From the NCBI GenBank assembly GCA_964478575.1, contig CAYZIU010000002.1:1-33907 (forward strand): a stretch of 33,907 nt of DNA, in the 5' to 3' direction. Position numbers and translations under genes: made by a program. This document shows positions 8,258 through 17,051 of this stretch, piece by piece (position 1 is the first letter of the stretch; each line of letters starts with the position of its first letter). Source of the DNA: an uncultured Candidatus Saccharibacteria bacterium. Lineage in GTDB: Bacteria > Patescibacteriota > Minisyncoccia > Phycocordibacterales > UBA9973. The notes below the pieces were generated by a model. That model did no database searches and was not told the origin of the DNA. It saw only the letters and a list, made by a program, of their open reading frames with translations.

Positions 8258-8336
8258 AAAAAACCTGGTTTTTTAACTTTAAATATGACTTAGATTAGGG
8301 GTTTTGGGTCGCTTTAGACAAAAGGACTTTTAAAAG

Positions 8337-8365
8337 TTGACGGATTAGCCTTTTTCGTGTATCTT
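8337..8365 (+). promoter_or_regulatory. Putative rplU promoter (TTGACG-17 nt-TATCTT)
   Basis: TTGACG at 8337-8342, a 17-nt spacer, then TATCTT at 8360-8365. The ATG at 8376 is only 10 nt downstream and has no SD. Confidence 0.45.
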
Positions 8366-8375
8366 TTACTTACTT

Positions 8376-8720
8376 ATGGCAAAAAAGACTGTATCAAAAA
8401 CTAAAGAAGGAGCTTTCGCGGTTATTGCAACTGGCGGAAAGCAATACAAGGTTTCTGCAGACCAGACAATAACTATTGAAAAAATCAAGGGTGTAAAAGC
8501 TGGAGACAAGGTATCTTTTGATCAAGTTTTGCTTAAATCAGAAGGAGCTAGCGTTTCTGTTGGAACTCCTCTTGTTTCTGGAGCAAAAGTTGAAGCAGAA
8601 GCAATAGAACTAGGACGATCAGCGAAAGTTATCGTTATGAAATACAAACCGAAGAGCCGATACCACAAGAAAAACGGACACAGACAAGAATTTCTAAAGG
8701 TAAAAATAACTTCAATCTAA
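8376..8720 (+). CDS. rplU: 50S ribosomal protein L21
   Basis: FAVIATGGKQYKV... and KYKPKSRYHKKNGHRQEFLKVKI are typical of L21. 114 aa. Confidence 0.95.
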   Translation: MAKKTVSKTKEGAFAVIATGGKQYKVSADQTITIEKIKGVKAGDKVSFDQVLLKSEGASVSVGTPLVSGAKVEAEAIELGRSAKVIVMKYKPKSRYHKKNGHRQEFLKVKITSI

Positions 8721-8726
8721 ACAAAA

Positions 8727-8749
8727 CCTCCGCGAAAGCGGGGGTTTTT
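8727..8749 (+). terminator. Rho-independent terminator after rplU
   Basis: Stem CCTCCGC / GCGGGGG with a GAAA tetraloop (8727-8744), then TTTTT. Confidence 0.75.
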
Positions 8750-8757
8750 GTTATAAT
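8749..8757 (+). promoter_or_regulatory. Extended -10 box (TGTTATAAT) for the scpA operon
   Basis: TGTTATAAT lies directly after the rplU terminator. The scpA ATG (8766) is 8 nt downstream with no SD. Confidence 0.45.
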
Positions 8758-8765
8758 AATACCTA

Positions 8766-9515
8766 ATGGAAGGAGAGGATTCATATCATATAAAATCAGA
8801 CATATTTGAGGGGCCGATTGGTGTCCTTTTGGAGCTTATCGAAAAACGGAAGCTTTTTATTAATGAACTATCTCTCGGAGCAGTTACTGAAGACTTTATA
8901 AACTATGTTCGCGAAAAAGGGGATAGGGGATTTCAGATTTCTTCTGAATTTATTTTTATAATCAGCACTCTTATTCTAATCAAGTCCCGTTCACTTCTTC
9001 CGGGGCTCAAACTAACAACCGACGAAGAAAAAGATATCAAGGACCTTGAAAAAAGAATTGCTCTTTATAATATTTTTATAAAAACTGCTAAGAAAATTAA
9101 ATCTGACAAAAATCTTTTTGCTCAGAAGAAAGCTCCTGACCGAGAAGCTAGATTTATTGGAGACTCAAAGTTGAATCTTAATTCCATTCTTGAATCAGTT
9201 AAATCTGTTTTGGTAAGAGTTCCAAAAGTAGAAAAGCTTCCCGAAGTTACAGTTCGAAAGATAATAAGTATTGAAGAGATGTTTGCCAGTATCATTGATA
9301 GAATAGAACAAGCGGTAAGTCATAGCTTCAGTGAGCTTTCACGTCATCCGAATCCAGAAGACGACAGAGACGCTAGAGTTTATTCGATCGTCTCTTTCCT
9401 CGCAGTGCTTGAGCTGATGAGACAGGGAATTCTAGATATTACTCAGAGTGAGACATTCAGCGATATGACGATTACCAAAGTTAGAGTTTTAGAAATAGAA
9501 GAAAATAATAATTAA
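8766..9515 (+). CDS. scpA: Segregation and condensation protein A (kleisin)
   Basis: N-terminal FEGPIGVLLELIEKRKLFINELSLGAVTEDF and C-terminal winged-helix region (IVSFLAVLELMRQG) are typical of ScpA. Confidence 0.9.
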   Translation: MEGEDSYHIKSDIFEGPIGVLLELIEKRKLFINELSLGAVTEDFINYVREKGDRGFQISSEFIFIISTLILIKSRSLLPGLKLTTDEEKDIKDLEKRIALYNIFIKTAKKIKSDKNLFAQKKAPDREARFIGDSKLNLNSILESVKSVLVRVPKVEKLPEVTVRKIISIEEMFASIIDRIEQAVSHSFSELSRHPNPEDDRDARVYSIVSFLAVLELMRQGILDITQSETFSDMTITKVRVLEIEENNN

Positions 9516-9520
9516 AAAAT

Positions 9521-10081
9521 ATGAATGATATAGACAAAAAAATTGAAGCAATCCTTTTTTTCACTTCAGAACCAGTTTCAAAAAACAAATTGGCAAAGAT
9601 GCTAGATGTCTCTCCGGAAGAAATTGAAGTTGGGATAAGAACTCTTTCTGAAAGACTGGAGGCGGGAAGTGGTCTCGCTCTCACCGAGGCGGGAGAATCT
9701 ATTTCTTTGCGAACAAAAAAAGATTTTTCAGATATTATTGAAAAAATCTCTGACGAAGAAGTGGCGGGTGACTTGTCTCGTGCAGCTCAAGAAGTTCTCG
9801 CTATTATTCTATACAAGAACGGAACAACCAGAAGCGATATAGATTTTATTCGAGGAGTGAACTCTACTTACACACTTCGCGCTCTTGTTTTGAGAGGAAT
9901 GATTGAGAGAGTAAATGATGACACAGACAACAGAAGGGCCAAGTATCTTCCAACTCACGACCTATTCTCATTTCTTGGAATTACAAAAAAAGAAGACTTG
10001 CCTGATTACGCCGAAATAATATCTTCACTTGAAGAAATTTCTGCCAATGTTGTAAATTCAGAAAATGAGGGAGGCAATTAA
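9521..10081 (+). CDS. scpB: Segregation and condensation protein B
   Basis: IEAILFFTSEPVS..., SRAAQEVLAIILYK and the tandem winged-helix pattern. Located immediately after scpA. Confidence 0.9.
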   Translation: MNDIDKKIEAILFFTSEPVSKNKLAKMLDVSPEEIEVGIRTLSERLEAGSGLALTEAGESISLRTKKDFSDIIEKISDEEVAGDLSRAAQEVLAIILYKNGTTRSDIDFIRGVNSTYTLRALVLRGMIERVNDDTDNRRAKYLPTHDLFSFLGITKKEDLPDYAEIISSLEEISANVVNSENEGGN

Positions 10082-11000
10082 GTCAAAATTACTAAATATT
10101 GGCAGGTTTCTTCTGCTTGTCCTAGTGGTCTTGGCTTTTTTCTTTGATTACAATTACAAATCAAATTTTAAAAAAGAGGTTAGAAGAATTGAAGAAAAAA
10201 TTGCAAAAGATGTTTTCAAAGAAACAGAAATCATGGCGCGCGGTGCGATTGTCTTGCGAATTTCTGACGACTTTGTAATTTATGATAAAAATCAAAACAA
10301 ACCTCTTGAGCTTGCGTCTATCACAAAGCTTTTCAATGATTTTGTTTTCGTTTCAAATATCCCACTCTCGATGAATATAAAAGTAGAAGAATCTGACACC
10401 CAAATGTATGGCGCCAGTGTGATATCCCCCGGGCAGACTCTGAAAGCATTAGACCTTCTACAGATGTCACTTATCGTGTCTTCAAACGATGCAACTACAG
10501 CTTTAGCTCGTTCTTATGAAGAAGTAACAGAGAGAAATATTGTTGAAGACATGAATTCTTTTGCAATAAAAAATAATTTTGAAAGTATTTATTTTAATAC
10601 GCCAACAGGTCTTGCAAGCGAGGACGGGAAGGCTGGGGGAGTGGGAAGCGCTCGTGACATAGCAGAAATGTTAAAAAAGATAAGTAATGAATATCCAGAT
10701 GTTTTTTTCTTGAGCTCTTATGAAAAAATTCCACAGAATGGTCCAGATGAAGTTGTTTTAAATACAAATAAATCTCTCGATCAAATTGGTTTCAAAATTT
10801 TAATATCAAAAACCGGCTATACAGATTCCTCTGGAGGAGGAGTAGCTGTTTTGGTTGAGGAGGCGGGGGAGAGGTATGCGATTGTTGTCCTCGGAAGTGG
10901 ATATACAGAGAGATTTGATGACCTGGAGAATCTAGCAGAAGGGTTAAAAGAGTTTTTAAACAGTAGAAATAAAGAGCTCTCTGTTATAATCAAAATATGA
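10065..11000 (+). CDS. Serine-type D-Ala-D-Ala carboxypeptidase (low-MW PBP, peptidase S11-like)
   Basis: N-terminal TM anchor. SxxK (ASITK), SxN (SSND) and KTG (SKTGYT) motifs occur in the canonical order. Overlaps scpB by 17 nt and mraY by 4 nt (ATGA). Confidence 0.8.
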   Translation: MREAIKSKLLNIGRFLLLVLVVLAFFFDYNYKSNFKKEVRRIEEKIAKDVFKETEIMARGAIVLRISDDFVIYDKNQNKPLELASITKLFNDFVFVSNIPLSMNIKVEESDTQMYGASVISPGQTLKALDLLQMSLIVSSNDATTALARSYEEVTERNIVEDMNSFAIKNNFESIYFNTPTGLASEDGKAGGVGSARDIAEMLKKISNEYPDVFFLSSYEKIPQNGPDEVVLNTNKSLDQIGFKILISKTGYTDSSGGGVAVLVEEAGERYAIVVLGSGYTERFDDLENLAEGLKEFLNSRNKELSVIIKI

Positions 11001-12049
11001 TTTTTAGTATCGCAAAACTATTTGTTCCAGCTGCAATCTCATTCTTCATTGGTGTTTTGATTACGCCGAAGGTAACCAAGTTCATGTATGAGAAAAAGCT
11101 CTGGAAAGGCCGACCCCGAAGAGATCAGGCCGAGATGAGCGAAGCTTTTTCAAAAATAAACAATACAGAGGAAGAAACAAAAACACCCCGACTTGGAGGA
11201 GTTATTATTTGGATTTCTGTTTTTATTACAACCGTCACCCTTTGGATTTTGGCTCGAGGATTTGGACTTGAAGAAATTGCTCAGTTTGATTTCGTTAGCC
11301 GAAGTCAGACATATATTCCTTTTTTTGCACTTCTTTTGGGCGCATTCGTTGGTCTTATTGATGATTTTCTTGTTATCTTTGCAAAGCCCGGCAGATATGT
11401 AGATGGTTTTCCAAGAAAAATGATGACAGTTATAGTCTTGGCCATTGGGGCCCTTGGAGCTTTTTGGTTCTATTCAAAACTGGGAATGAATTCAGTTTCT
11501 GTTCCGTTTTTGGGTGAGGCAATAAGTTTGGGAATATTTTTTATTCCATTTTTTATATTTACACACTACGCAATTTTCACTTCAGGAGTAATTGACGGAA
11601 TCGATGGTCTGGCTGGTGGAGTGATGGCCAGCGTCTTTGCAACTTATGGGACAATCGCTTTCTTTCAAAACCAAATAGACATCGCCGCTTTCTGCACTGT
11701 GGTTCTGGGAGGAATTCTGGCGTTTCTTTGGTTTAATATTCCACCAGCAAGATTTTATCTAGGAGAAACAGGTATGCTGGCTCTAACTACAGCTCTCACA
11801 ACATTACTATTTATAACTGATAATGTTTTTATAATTTTAATTGCCGGACTTCCACTTGTTGTTACGTCTCTTTCTTCCGCTATTCAGATAATTTCTAAAA
11901 AATATTTTAAGAAAAAAGTTTTTCTTGTTGCACCAATTCATCATCACTTTGAAGCGCTCGGTTGGAGTAGGGCAAAAATAACAATGCGATATTGGGTTAT
12001 TTCTATAATTTGTTCAATGACAGCAATCATTATCAGCTTGCTTGGTTAA
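10997..12049 (+). CDS. mraY: Phospho-N-acetylmuramoyl-pentapeptide transferase
   Basis: Polytopic membrane protein with LIDDF, IDGIDGLAGG, NIPPARFYLGETG and APIHHHFE motifs. Confidence 0.95.
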   Translation: MIFSIAKLFVPAAISFFIGVLITPKVTKFMYEKKLWKGRPRRDQAEMSEAFSKINNTEEETKTPRLGGVIIWISVFITTVTLWILARGFGLEEIAQFDFVSRSQTYIPFFALLLGAFVGLIDDFLVIFAKPGRYVDGFPRKMMTVIVLAIGALGAFWFYSKLGMNSVSVPFLGEAISLGIFFIPFFIFTHYAIFTSGVIDGIDGLAGGVMASVFATYGTIAFFQNQIDIAAFCTVVLGGILAFLWFNIPPARFYLGETGMLALTTALTTLLFITDNVFIILIAGLPLVVTSLSSAIQIISKKYFKKKVFLVAPIHHHFEALGWSRAKITMRYWVISIICSMTAIIISLLG

Positions 12050-12050
12050 T

Positions 12051-13157
12051 ATGCACGCAAAAAGAGAACCAGATAAAATATTTTTGACTCTGGTTATTAT
12101 CTTACTTGTTTTCGGATTATTTTCTTTTGTTTCAGCGGCGCTCGGAGTTTATGCCAGAGACGCTTCCAAATTCGCTGGAATCTTGGTAAACCAAATAGTT
12201 TTTGGTATTGGACTTGGGATTTTGGCTGGGCTATTTGCTTACAAACTAAATTACAAAGTTTGGAGAAAGTATGCTTTCCTTTTATTTTTAGCTTCGCTTG
12301 GACTAACCGCCCTTGTTTTTGTTCCAGGACTAGGATTTGAACACGGGGGAGCGAGACGTTGGCTGTCTATTTTTGGACTTTCAATTCAACCTGCAGAATT
12401 TTTGAAGTTTTCTTTTGTTGTTTACTTTGCGGCTTGGCTCTCTTGGGTTAAACACAGAGTTAATGACTGGAAGTTTGGAATATTGCCGTTGATTATTTTC
12501 TTGGGAGTGGTGGCAACGGTCCTACTTCTTCAGCCTGATACGAAAAGTTTCCTTCTTATCTCTGTCACGGCTTTTGGAATGTTGTTTATATCAGGAATTT
12601 CAACTCGAGTAGTTTTAGCGATGACTTCTTTTGTGGCTGTTGGACTTATCATTTTTGGTCTTTCGACTAGCTACGTTAGAGACAGAATTGACACTTTCAT
12701 TCATCCAAACAGTGATCCTCAGGGAAGCTCTTGGCAAATAAATCAGTCTCTCATCGCTGTGGGGTCTGGTGGAATTTTCGGCCGAGGTCTTGGTCAGAGC
12801 GTTCAGAAGTTTACCAATCTGCCTGAGCCTCATGGAGACTCCATCTTTGCCGTTATTGGAGAAGAAATGGGATTTGTTGGAACTTTTGTTTTGATCGCAC
12901 TTTACTTACTGTTTTCCCTAAGAGGACTCAGGATTGCGTATCGTTCGCCGGATTCATTCGCTAGACTGTTAGTCTTTGGACTTGTTATACTGTTTACAGT
13001 CCAGTCTTTTCTGAACATTTCTTCCTCGATCGGACTTTTCCCGCTAACTGGGGTTCCGTTGGTTTTTATTAGTCACGGAGGAACCTCTCTACTCGTTGCT
13101 CTTATGTCAGTGGGACTAATTCTGCAGATTTCAAGATACCAAACAGATAAAATATGA
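12051..13157 (+). CDS. ftsW: SEDS-family peptidoglycan glycosyltransferase FtsW/RodA
   Basis: Polytopic membrane protein with the conserved NLPEPHGDSIFAVIGEEMGFVG and PLTGVPLVFISHGGTS motifs. I start at ATG 12051, 1 nt after the mraY stop. The track ORF begins at a TTG (12042). Named ftsW from the mraY-murG context. Confidence 0.85.
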   Translation: MHAKREPDKIFLTLVIILLVFGLFSFVSAALGVYARDASKFAGILVNQIVFGIGLGILAGLFAYKLNYKVWRKYAFLLFLASLGLTALVFVPGLGFEHGGARRWLSIFGLSIQPAEFLKFSFVVYFAAWLSWVKHRVNDWKFGILPLIIFLGVVATVLLLQPDTKSFLLISVTAFGMLFISGISTRVVLAMTSFVAVGLIIFGLSTSYVRDRIDTFIHPNSDPQGSSWQINQSLIAVGSGGIFGRGLGQSVQKFTNLPEPHGDSIFAVIGEEMGFVGTFVLIALYLLFSLRGLRIAYRSPDSFARLLVFGLVILFTVQSFLNISSSIGLFPLTGVPLVFISHGGTSLLVALMSVGLILQISRYQTDKI

Positions 13158-14284
13158 AAATTTTGATTACCGGTGGTGGAACAGGAGGACACTTTTATCC
13201 TCTTGTGGCTGTCGCTGAAAAAATAAACGAAATAGCTGAAAAAGACAAAATCTTTGATTTGAAGATTTACTATATGTCGACAACCGAATATGACAAACGA
13301 GCTCTTTTTGAGCAAGGAATTAACTTCGTCTCTGTTCCAGCTGGAAAGAAAAGAATGTATTCATCCGTAAAAAACTTTTTTGATATTTTCAAAATGGGAA
13401 TTGGAGTTTTGATTGGAATCGTAAAGATGTTTTTTATTTTCCCGGATGTTGTTTTTGCCAAAGGGGGATATGCTAGTTACCCAGCGCTTTTTGCTGCTAG
13501 AGTTTTTGGAATTCCAATTGTAATTCATGAGTCAGACGCTGCTCCGGGAAGAGTAAATGTTTGGGCGGGAAAGTTTGCTGACAGAATAGCCATTTCCTAT
13601 CCAGAAGCTATTGATTATTTCGAAAAGAAAGATCATGTTGCCTGGACTGGTCAGCCCGTTAGAACTTCAATTCAAAAAGCCGACAGAAAAGATTCTATGA
13701 ATTATCTTGGGTTTGATGAATCAGTTCCAACTATTTTAATTTTGGGCGGATCTCAAGGTGCCGACATGATAAACAATGTTGTACTCGACTGTCTTCTCGA
13801 CTTGCTTCCAGAAGTTCAGATAATTCACCAAACAGGAGAAAAACATTATGAAGATGTAAAAGGTAGAGCTAATATGGCGCTCAGCGGAAATCCTTTCGCT
13901 TCTCGTTACCGTTCTTTTGCATTTCTAAATCCAGTTGGAATGCGAATGTCAGCCGGAGGAGCCAATCTAGTTGTTACCCGTGCAGGGTCAACTCTTTTTG
14001 AGATTGCAGGTTGGGGAATCCCGGCTGTTGTTGTTCCTTTCGCGGTATCTAACAATGATCACTCAAGAAAAAATGCTTATAGTTATGCCAGAGCCGGAGC
14101 GGGGATAGTTGTGGAAGAGGGAAATCTGACAAAGTCAGTTTTTCTGCAAGCCATTTTTGAAGTAATAAAAAATCCAGCAAAAGCACAAGAGATGAGTGAG
14201 AAAGCCAAGGCTTTCCTAAAGCCGGGAGCAAGTGAATTGATTGCGAGAGAGATAATTCACATTGCAGAAAGCCATGAAAAATAA
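13154..14284 (+). CDS. murG: UDP-GlcNAc:lipid I N-acetylglucosaminyltransferase
   Basis: MKILITGGGTGGHFYPLVAVAE N-terminus and the C-terminal GT28 region (VVTRAGSTLFEIAGWGIPAVVVP). ATGA overlap with ftsW. Confidence 0.95.
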   Translation: MKILITGGGTGGHFYPLVAVAEKINEIAEKDKIFDLKIYYMSTTEYDKRALFEQGINFVSVPAGKKRMYSSVKNFFDIFKMGIGVLIGIVKMFFIFPDVVFAKGGYASYPALFAARVFGIPIVIHESDAAPGRVNVWAGKFADRIAISYPEAIDYFEKKDHVAWTGQPVRTSIQKADRKDSMNYLGFDESVPTILILGGSQGADMINNVVLDCLLDLLPEVQIIHQTGEKHYEDVKGRANMALSGNPFASRYRSFAFLNPVGMRMSAGGANLVVTRAGSTLFEIAGWGIPAVVVPFAVSNNDHSRKNAYSYARAGAGIVVEEGNLTKSVFLQAIFEVIKNPAKAQEMSEKAKAFLKPGASELIAREIIHIAESHEK

Positions 14285-15605
14285 ATTCAAAAATAAATTT
14301 CTAGTTGTTTCTCTAATTGCTTTATCAGTATTCTTTGTTGGAAAAAACTTCGCAAGAGGGGAGTCAGTAATAGAAATTCTCCAAGGTAAAATTGAAAATA
14401 ATACAAATGAAATTTCCAAGATCGAAGCTGAGATAAAGGCCTATCAAGAACAACTCAATACTGTTTCTGGTCAAGCTCATACATTATCTAATGCGGTCAA
14501 AGAATTAGATTTGAGTCGAAAGAAACTGTCTGCCGAAATATCCCTGACTGAAAAGAAGATAACTGAAAAAAATAATAAAATTTATTCTCTTTCTGGAGAA
14601 ATTTCGACAAAAGATGTTCTCCTTGATCAGAACAAAAAAGCTTTTGCAAAAAGTATTGCGAAAATTGATAGAATCGAACAACAGCCAATTGTTCATCTTA
14701 TACTTGGACACGAAAAAATCTCTGAAGCTCTCGGACAAATAGATTCGTTGAAGAGCTTGCAAGCTTCTCTTAAAGACAACGCAACAGAAGTTTTTAGTGT
14801 TAGAGAAGATTTGAAAGAGACAAAAACTTCTGAAGAAAAATTAAAAAATGAATTAGTCTTTTTGAAATCAGAGCTTCAAGACCAGCAAAAAATTCTTGAT
14901 GGAAATGCTGCGGAGAAAAAGCGACTTCTGGATTCAACCAAGAACCAAGAGGCTTTGTATAAAAAAGCTTTGGCAGAAAAAGAGGCTCTAAAAAATGCTT
15001 TTGAAGCTGAAATCCAAAGCTATGAATCTCAACTTAGTTATGTGTTAAATCCGAACAGTATTCCAGCCCCTGGGTCAGCTCCTCTTTCTTGGCCACTTTC
15101 GAGCGTCATAATCACTCAAGCCTTCGGAAAAACAGCAGATTCTGGCCGTTTATACGCCTCTGGAAGCCACAGTGGAGTAGACATGGGTGCCAGTGTCGGA
15201 ACGCCGGTTTATGCAATGGCAGACGGGGTTGTTGGGGGTACCGGAGACACTGACCTTGCATGTCGCGGAGCCTCTTTCGGTAAATGGATTCTTATAAAAT
15301 ACGACAATAATTTGGCTAGCACTTACGGACACTTATCGCTCATAAAGGTCACATCTGGACAAAGAGTTAAAAGGGGAGAGCTTGTAGGTTACAGTGGTAA
15401 TACAGGGCATTCTACGGGCCCACACTTGCACACTAGTCTTTACCCAGCAGACGCGGTGGACGTCTCACCGAAGGAGAGTATTGCCTGTAAGGGTAAGATT
15501 TTGAATCAGCCAACAGCTGCTACAACTGCCTATCTTGATCCTCTCCAATATATGCCAAGAGCAACTTCAGGGATGTTCAAGGCCGGAGTGAGTTATAAAT
15601 ACTAA
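14274..15605 (+). CDS. Coiled-coil M23 (LytM-type) metallopeptidase, EnvC-like architecture
   Basis: Signal/TM segment, about 220 aa of heptad-rich coiled coil, then an M23 domain with intact HxxxD (HSGVD) and HxH (PHLH). I start at ATG 14274. The track ORF begins at a TTG (14262) and overlaps the murG 3' end. Confidence 0.85.
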   Translation: MKNKFKNKFLVVSLIALSVFFVGKNFARGESVIEILQGKIENNTNEISKIEAEIKAYQEQLNTVSGQAHTLSNAVKELDLSRKKLSAEISLTEKKITEKNNKIYSLSGEISTKDVLLDQNKKAFAKSIAKIDRIEQQPIVHLILGHEKISEALGQIDSLKSLQASLKDNATEVFSVREDLKETKTSEEKLKNELVFLKSELQDQQKILDGNAAEKKRLLDSTKNQEALYKKALAEKEALKNAFEAEIQSYESQLSYVLNPNSIPAPGSAPLSWPLSSVIITQAFGKTADSGRLYASGSHSGVDMGASVGTPVYAMADGVVGGTGDTDLACRGASFGKWILIKYDNNLASTYGHLSLIKVTSGQRVKRGELVGYSGNTGHSTGPHLHTSLYPADAVDVSPKESIACKGKILNQPTAATTAYLDPLQYMPRATSGMFKAGVSYKY

Positions 15606-15623
15606 TAAAAAGAGCTTTAAAAC

Positions 15624-15650
15624 AGACCCATTGACTTTCGGGTCTTTTTT
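15624..15650 (+). terminator. Rho-independent terminator ending the scpA-M23 operon
   Basis: Stem AGACCC (15624-15629) / GGGTCT (15640-15645) with a 10-nt loop, then a T-run. Confidence 0.65.
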
Positions 15651-15677
15651 GTGTTTTAATAATAAAAATTTTGTTTT

Positions 15678-16472
15678 ATGAAAAAAGAATTAAATGAGTT
15701 AACAGAAAGTCAGGCAAGAAAGATTGCTGATCTTATTGCCGGAAGGAAATTTGTATCTTTCAGTTGTGACAAAACAGTTTTGGAAACAGATGGGTTTTTT
15801 CGGGCTTGTATTACACTGGATGAACACTTTAGGGTTTTTATCTTTAGTAGTGGAAATGTTTTTTTAATGGGACGTGGAAATAGTTTAGAGCCATTAAACG
15901 CAATGCTTATAACAGATTACCTTCGAAGTGAAGGTTTTAATCTACCGAATCAATTTGATAAAAACGTTACTGTTAATGATGAGAATAGAATTGAGATGAT
16001 TAAGAGTTATTTCAAAAATATGTCCGAAGAAAAATTAGCAGAATTTACTGAAATTGCAGAAAAATATTCTGACGCTGGTCCAACGGTAGAAGAATACTTT
16101 TATAATTTGTCGGGAAATTATCCTACAAGTGACTTATCTAAATTAACTTCAGGAAAAATTATGACTACTATCGACATGACTTTTTCTTGTGAAAAATTTC
16201 ATGGGATTAAGTTAATAGATGACCCAAACTTCAACTTCAATTTAATTGAAGTTGTGGAAGCAACTGAGCACCCCTTAAAAAAGGTGGAAGAGGGAATCAG
16301 GGTTTATAGAGTTGAGGCTGGAAGGGGTTGTTTTACTTTAATTAGACAAGATTCAAGTTTTGACCAAATTGAAGTAAAACTTGGTGATACAATCCTAATT
16401 AAAGCTGGAGATTCTTATAAGTATGAAGGAAATAATTTAAAACTTTTTGAAGTTAACATCAAGTATCCTTAA
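15678..16472 (+). CDS. Hypothetical protein with a possible C-terminal cupin-like beta-barrel
   Basis: 264-aa ORF with its own terminator. The C-terminal ~90 aa (RVYRVEAGRGCFTL...GDTILIKAGDSYKYEG) look cupin-like. The N-terminal part is unrecognised. Confidence 0.5.
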   Translation: MKKELNELTESQARKIADLIAGRKFVSFSCDKTVLETDGFFRACITLDEHFRVFIFSSGNVFLMGRGNSLEPLNAMLITDYLRSEGFNLPNQFDKNVTVNDENRIEMIKSYFKNMSEEKLAEFTEIAEKYSDAGPTVEEYFYNLSGNYPTSDLSKLTSGKIMTTIDMTFSCEKFHGIKLIDDPNFNFNLIEVVEATEHPLKKVEEGIRVYRVEAGRGCFTLIRQDSSFDQIEVKLGDTILIKAGDSYKYEGNNLKLFEVNIKYP

Positions 16473-16498
16473 AAGTATTTAATTGAAGAATATAGTAG

Positions 16499-16522
16499 AC
16501 CGCACTTAAATGGGCGGTTTTT
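16499..16522 (+). terminator. Rho-independent terminator
   Basis: Stem ACCGC (16499-16503) / GCGGT (16514-16518), followed by TTTTT. Confidence 0.55.
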
Positions 16523-16622
16523 GTTTGCCCAGCTTTATATCTATAAATATGTCGCAAAAGGTATATTGTGCGACTCTTATATAAAATATAACCTTCTATT
16601 CCCTCAATATAATTTAGCTCAG

Positions 16623-17048
16623 TTATATCTTTATCTTTTTTATATCTTTTACAACAATCCACGCCGATCCATTACCAAATCCACTTTTGTTTATTTTGAA
16701 TGGCTTGGACACCTTTTCGGGATTTGTTAGTTTAATCAAAATTCCATATCGAGGTACTCTCCCCCATTTCTTTGGATTTGACTCAATTAAGCAAATATCT
16801 TTTCCATATTTTTTTATTACATTTTTTATTTCAGAAATATTTTTGAATTCAAATTGTAGAACTTCGGATACTGTAGCCTTTAATTCGATTAATCCACTGG
16901 AGTTTTTGAAGTAGATTACATCTTTAAGTGCCACCTTATTCCAAGGAACTATTTTTGACCTATACCATCTTGATTCAATGATTTTTTCTCCTGTTAAAAT
17001 CTTAGGAATTAATCCCCAAGATTTTTTCATTATTGCAACATGGTGCAT
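16623..17048 (-). CDS. ASCH (PUA-like) domain protein
   Basis: MKKSWGLIPKILTGEKIIESRW resembles the N-terminal signature of ASCH domains. 141 aa. The start lies 3 nt after the upstream stop. An alternative start at M7 is possible. Confidence 0.55.
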   Translation of the reverse strand: MHHVAIMKKSWGLIPKILTGEKIIESRWYRSKIVPWNKVALKDVIYFKNSSGLIELKATVSEVLQFEFKNISEIKNVIKKYGKDICLIESNPKKWGRVPRYGILIKLTNPEKVSKPFKINKSGFGNGSAWIVVKDIKKIKI

Positions 17049-17051
17049 AGT

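Noticed and set aside
8091-8262. Interpreting the GGT(A/G)GGACAAA direct repeat (8092-8102 and 8250-8260) as target-site duplication of a miniature mobile element
   Set aside because: The intervening sequence has no terminal inverted repeats at the repeat boundaries, and one copy is part of the strong internal helix. With a single locus available, a structural-RNA explanation is at least as good. It could only be tested by finding further copies genome-wide.
16509-16583. 24-codon ORF (MGGFCLPSFISINMSQKVYCATLI) and a hairpin GTCGCA...TGCGAC (16551-16575) in the convergent spacer between the cupin-like ORF and the ASCH gene
   Set aside because: The ORF starts inside the terminator stem of the upstream gene and has no promoter context. 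The hairpin has a 12-nt loop and no convincing U-run on either strand, so I do not call it a terminator or a gene.
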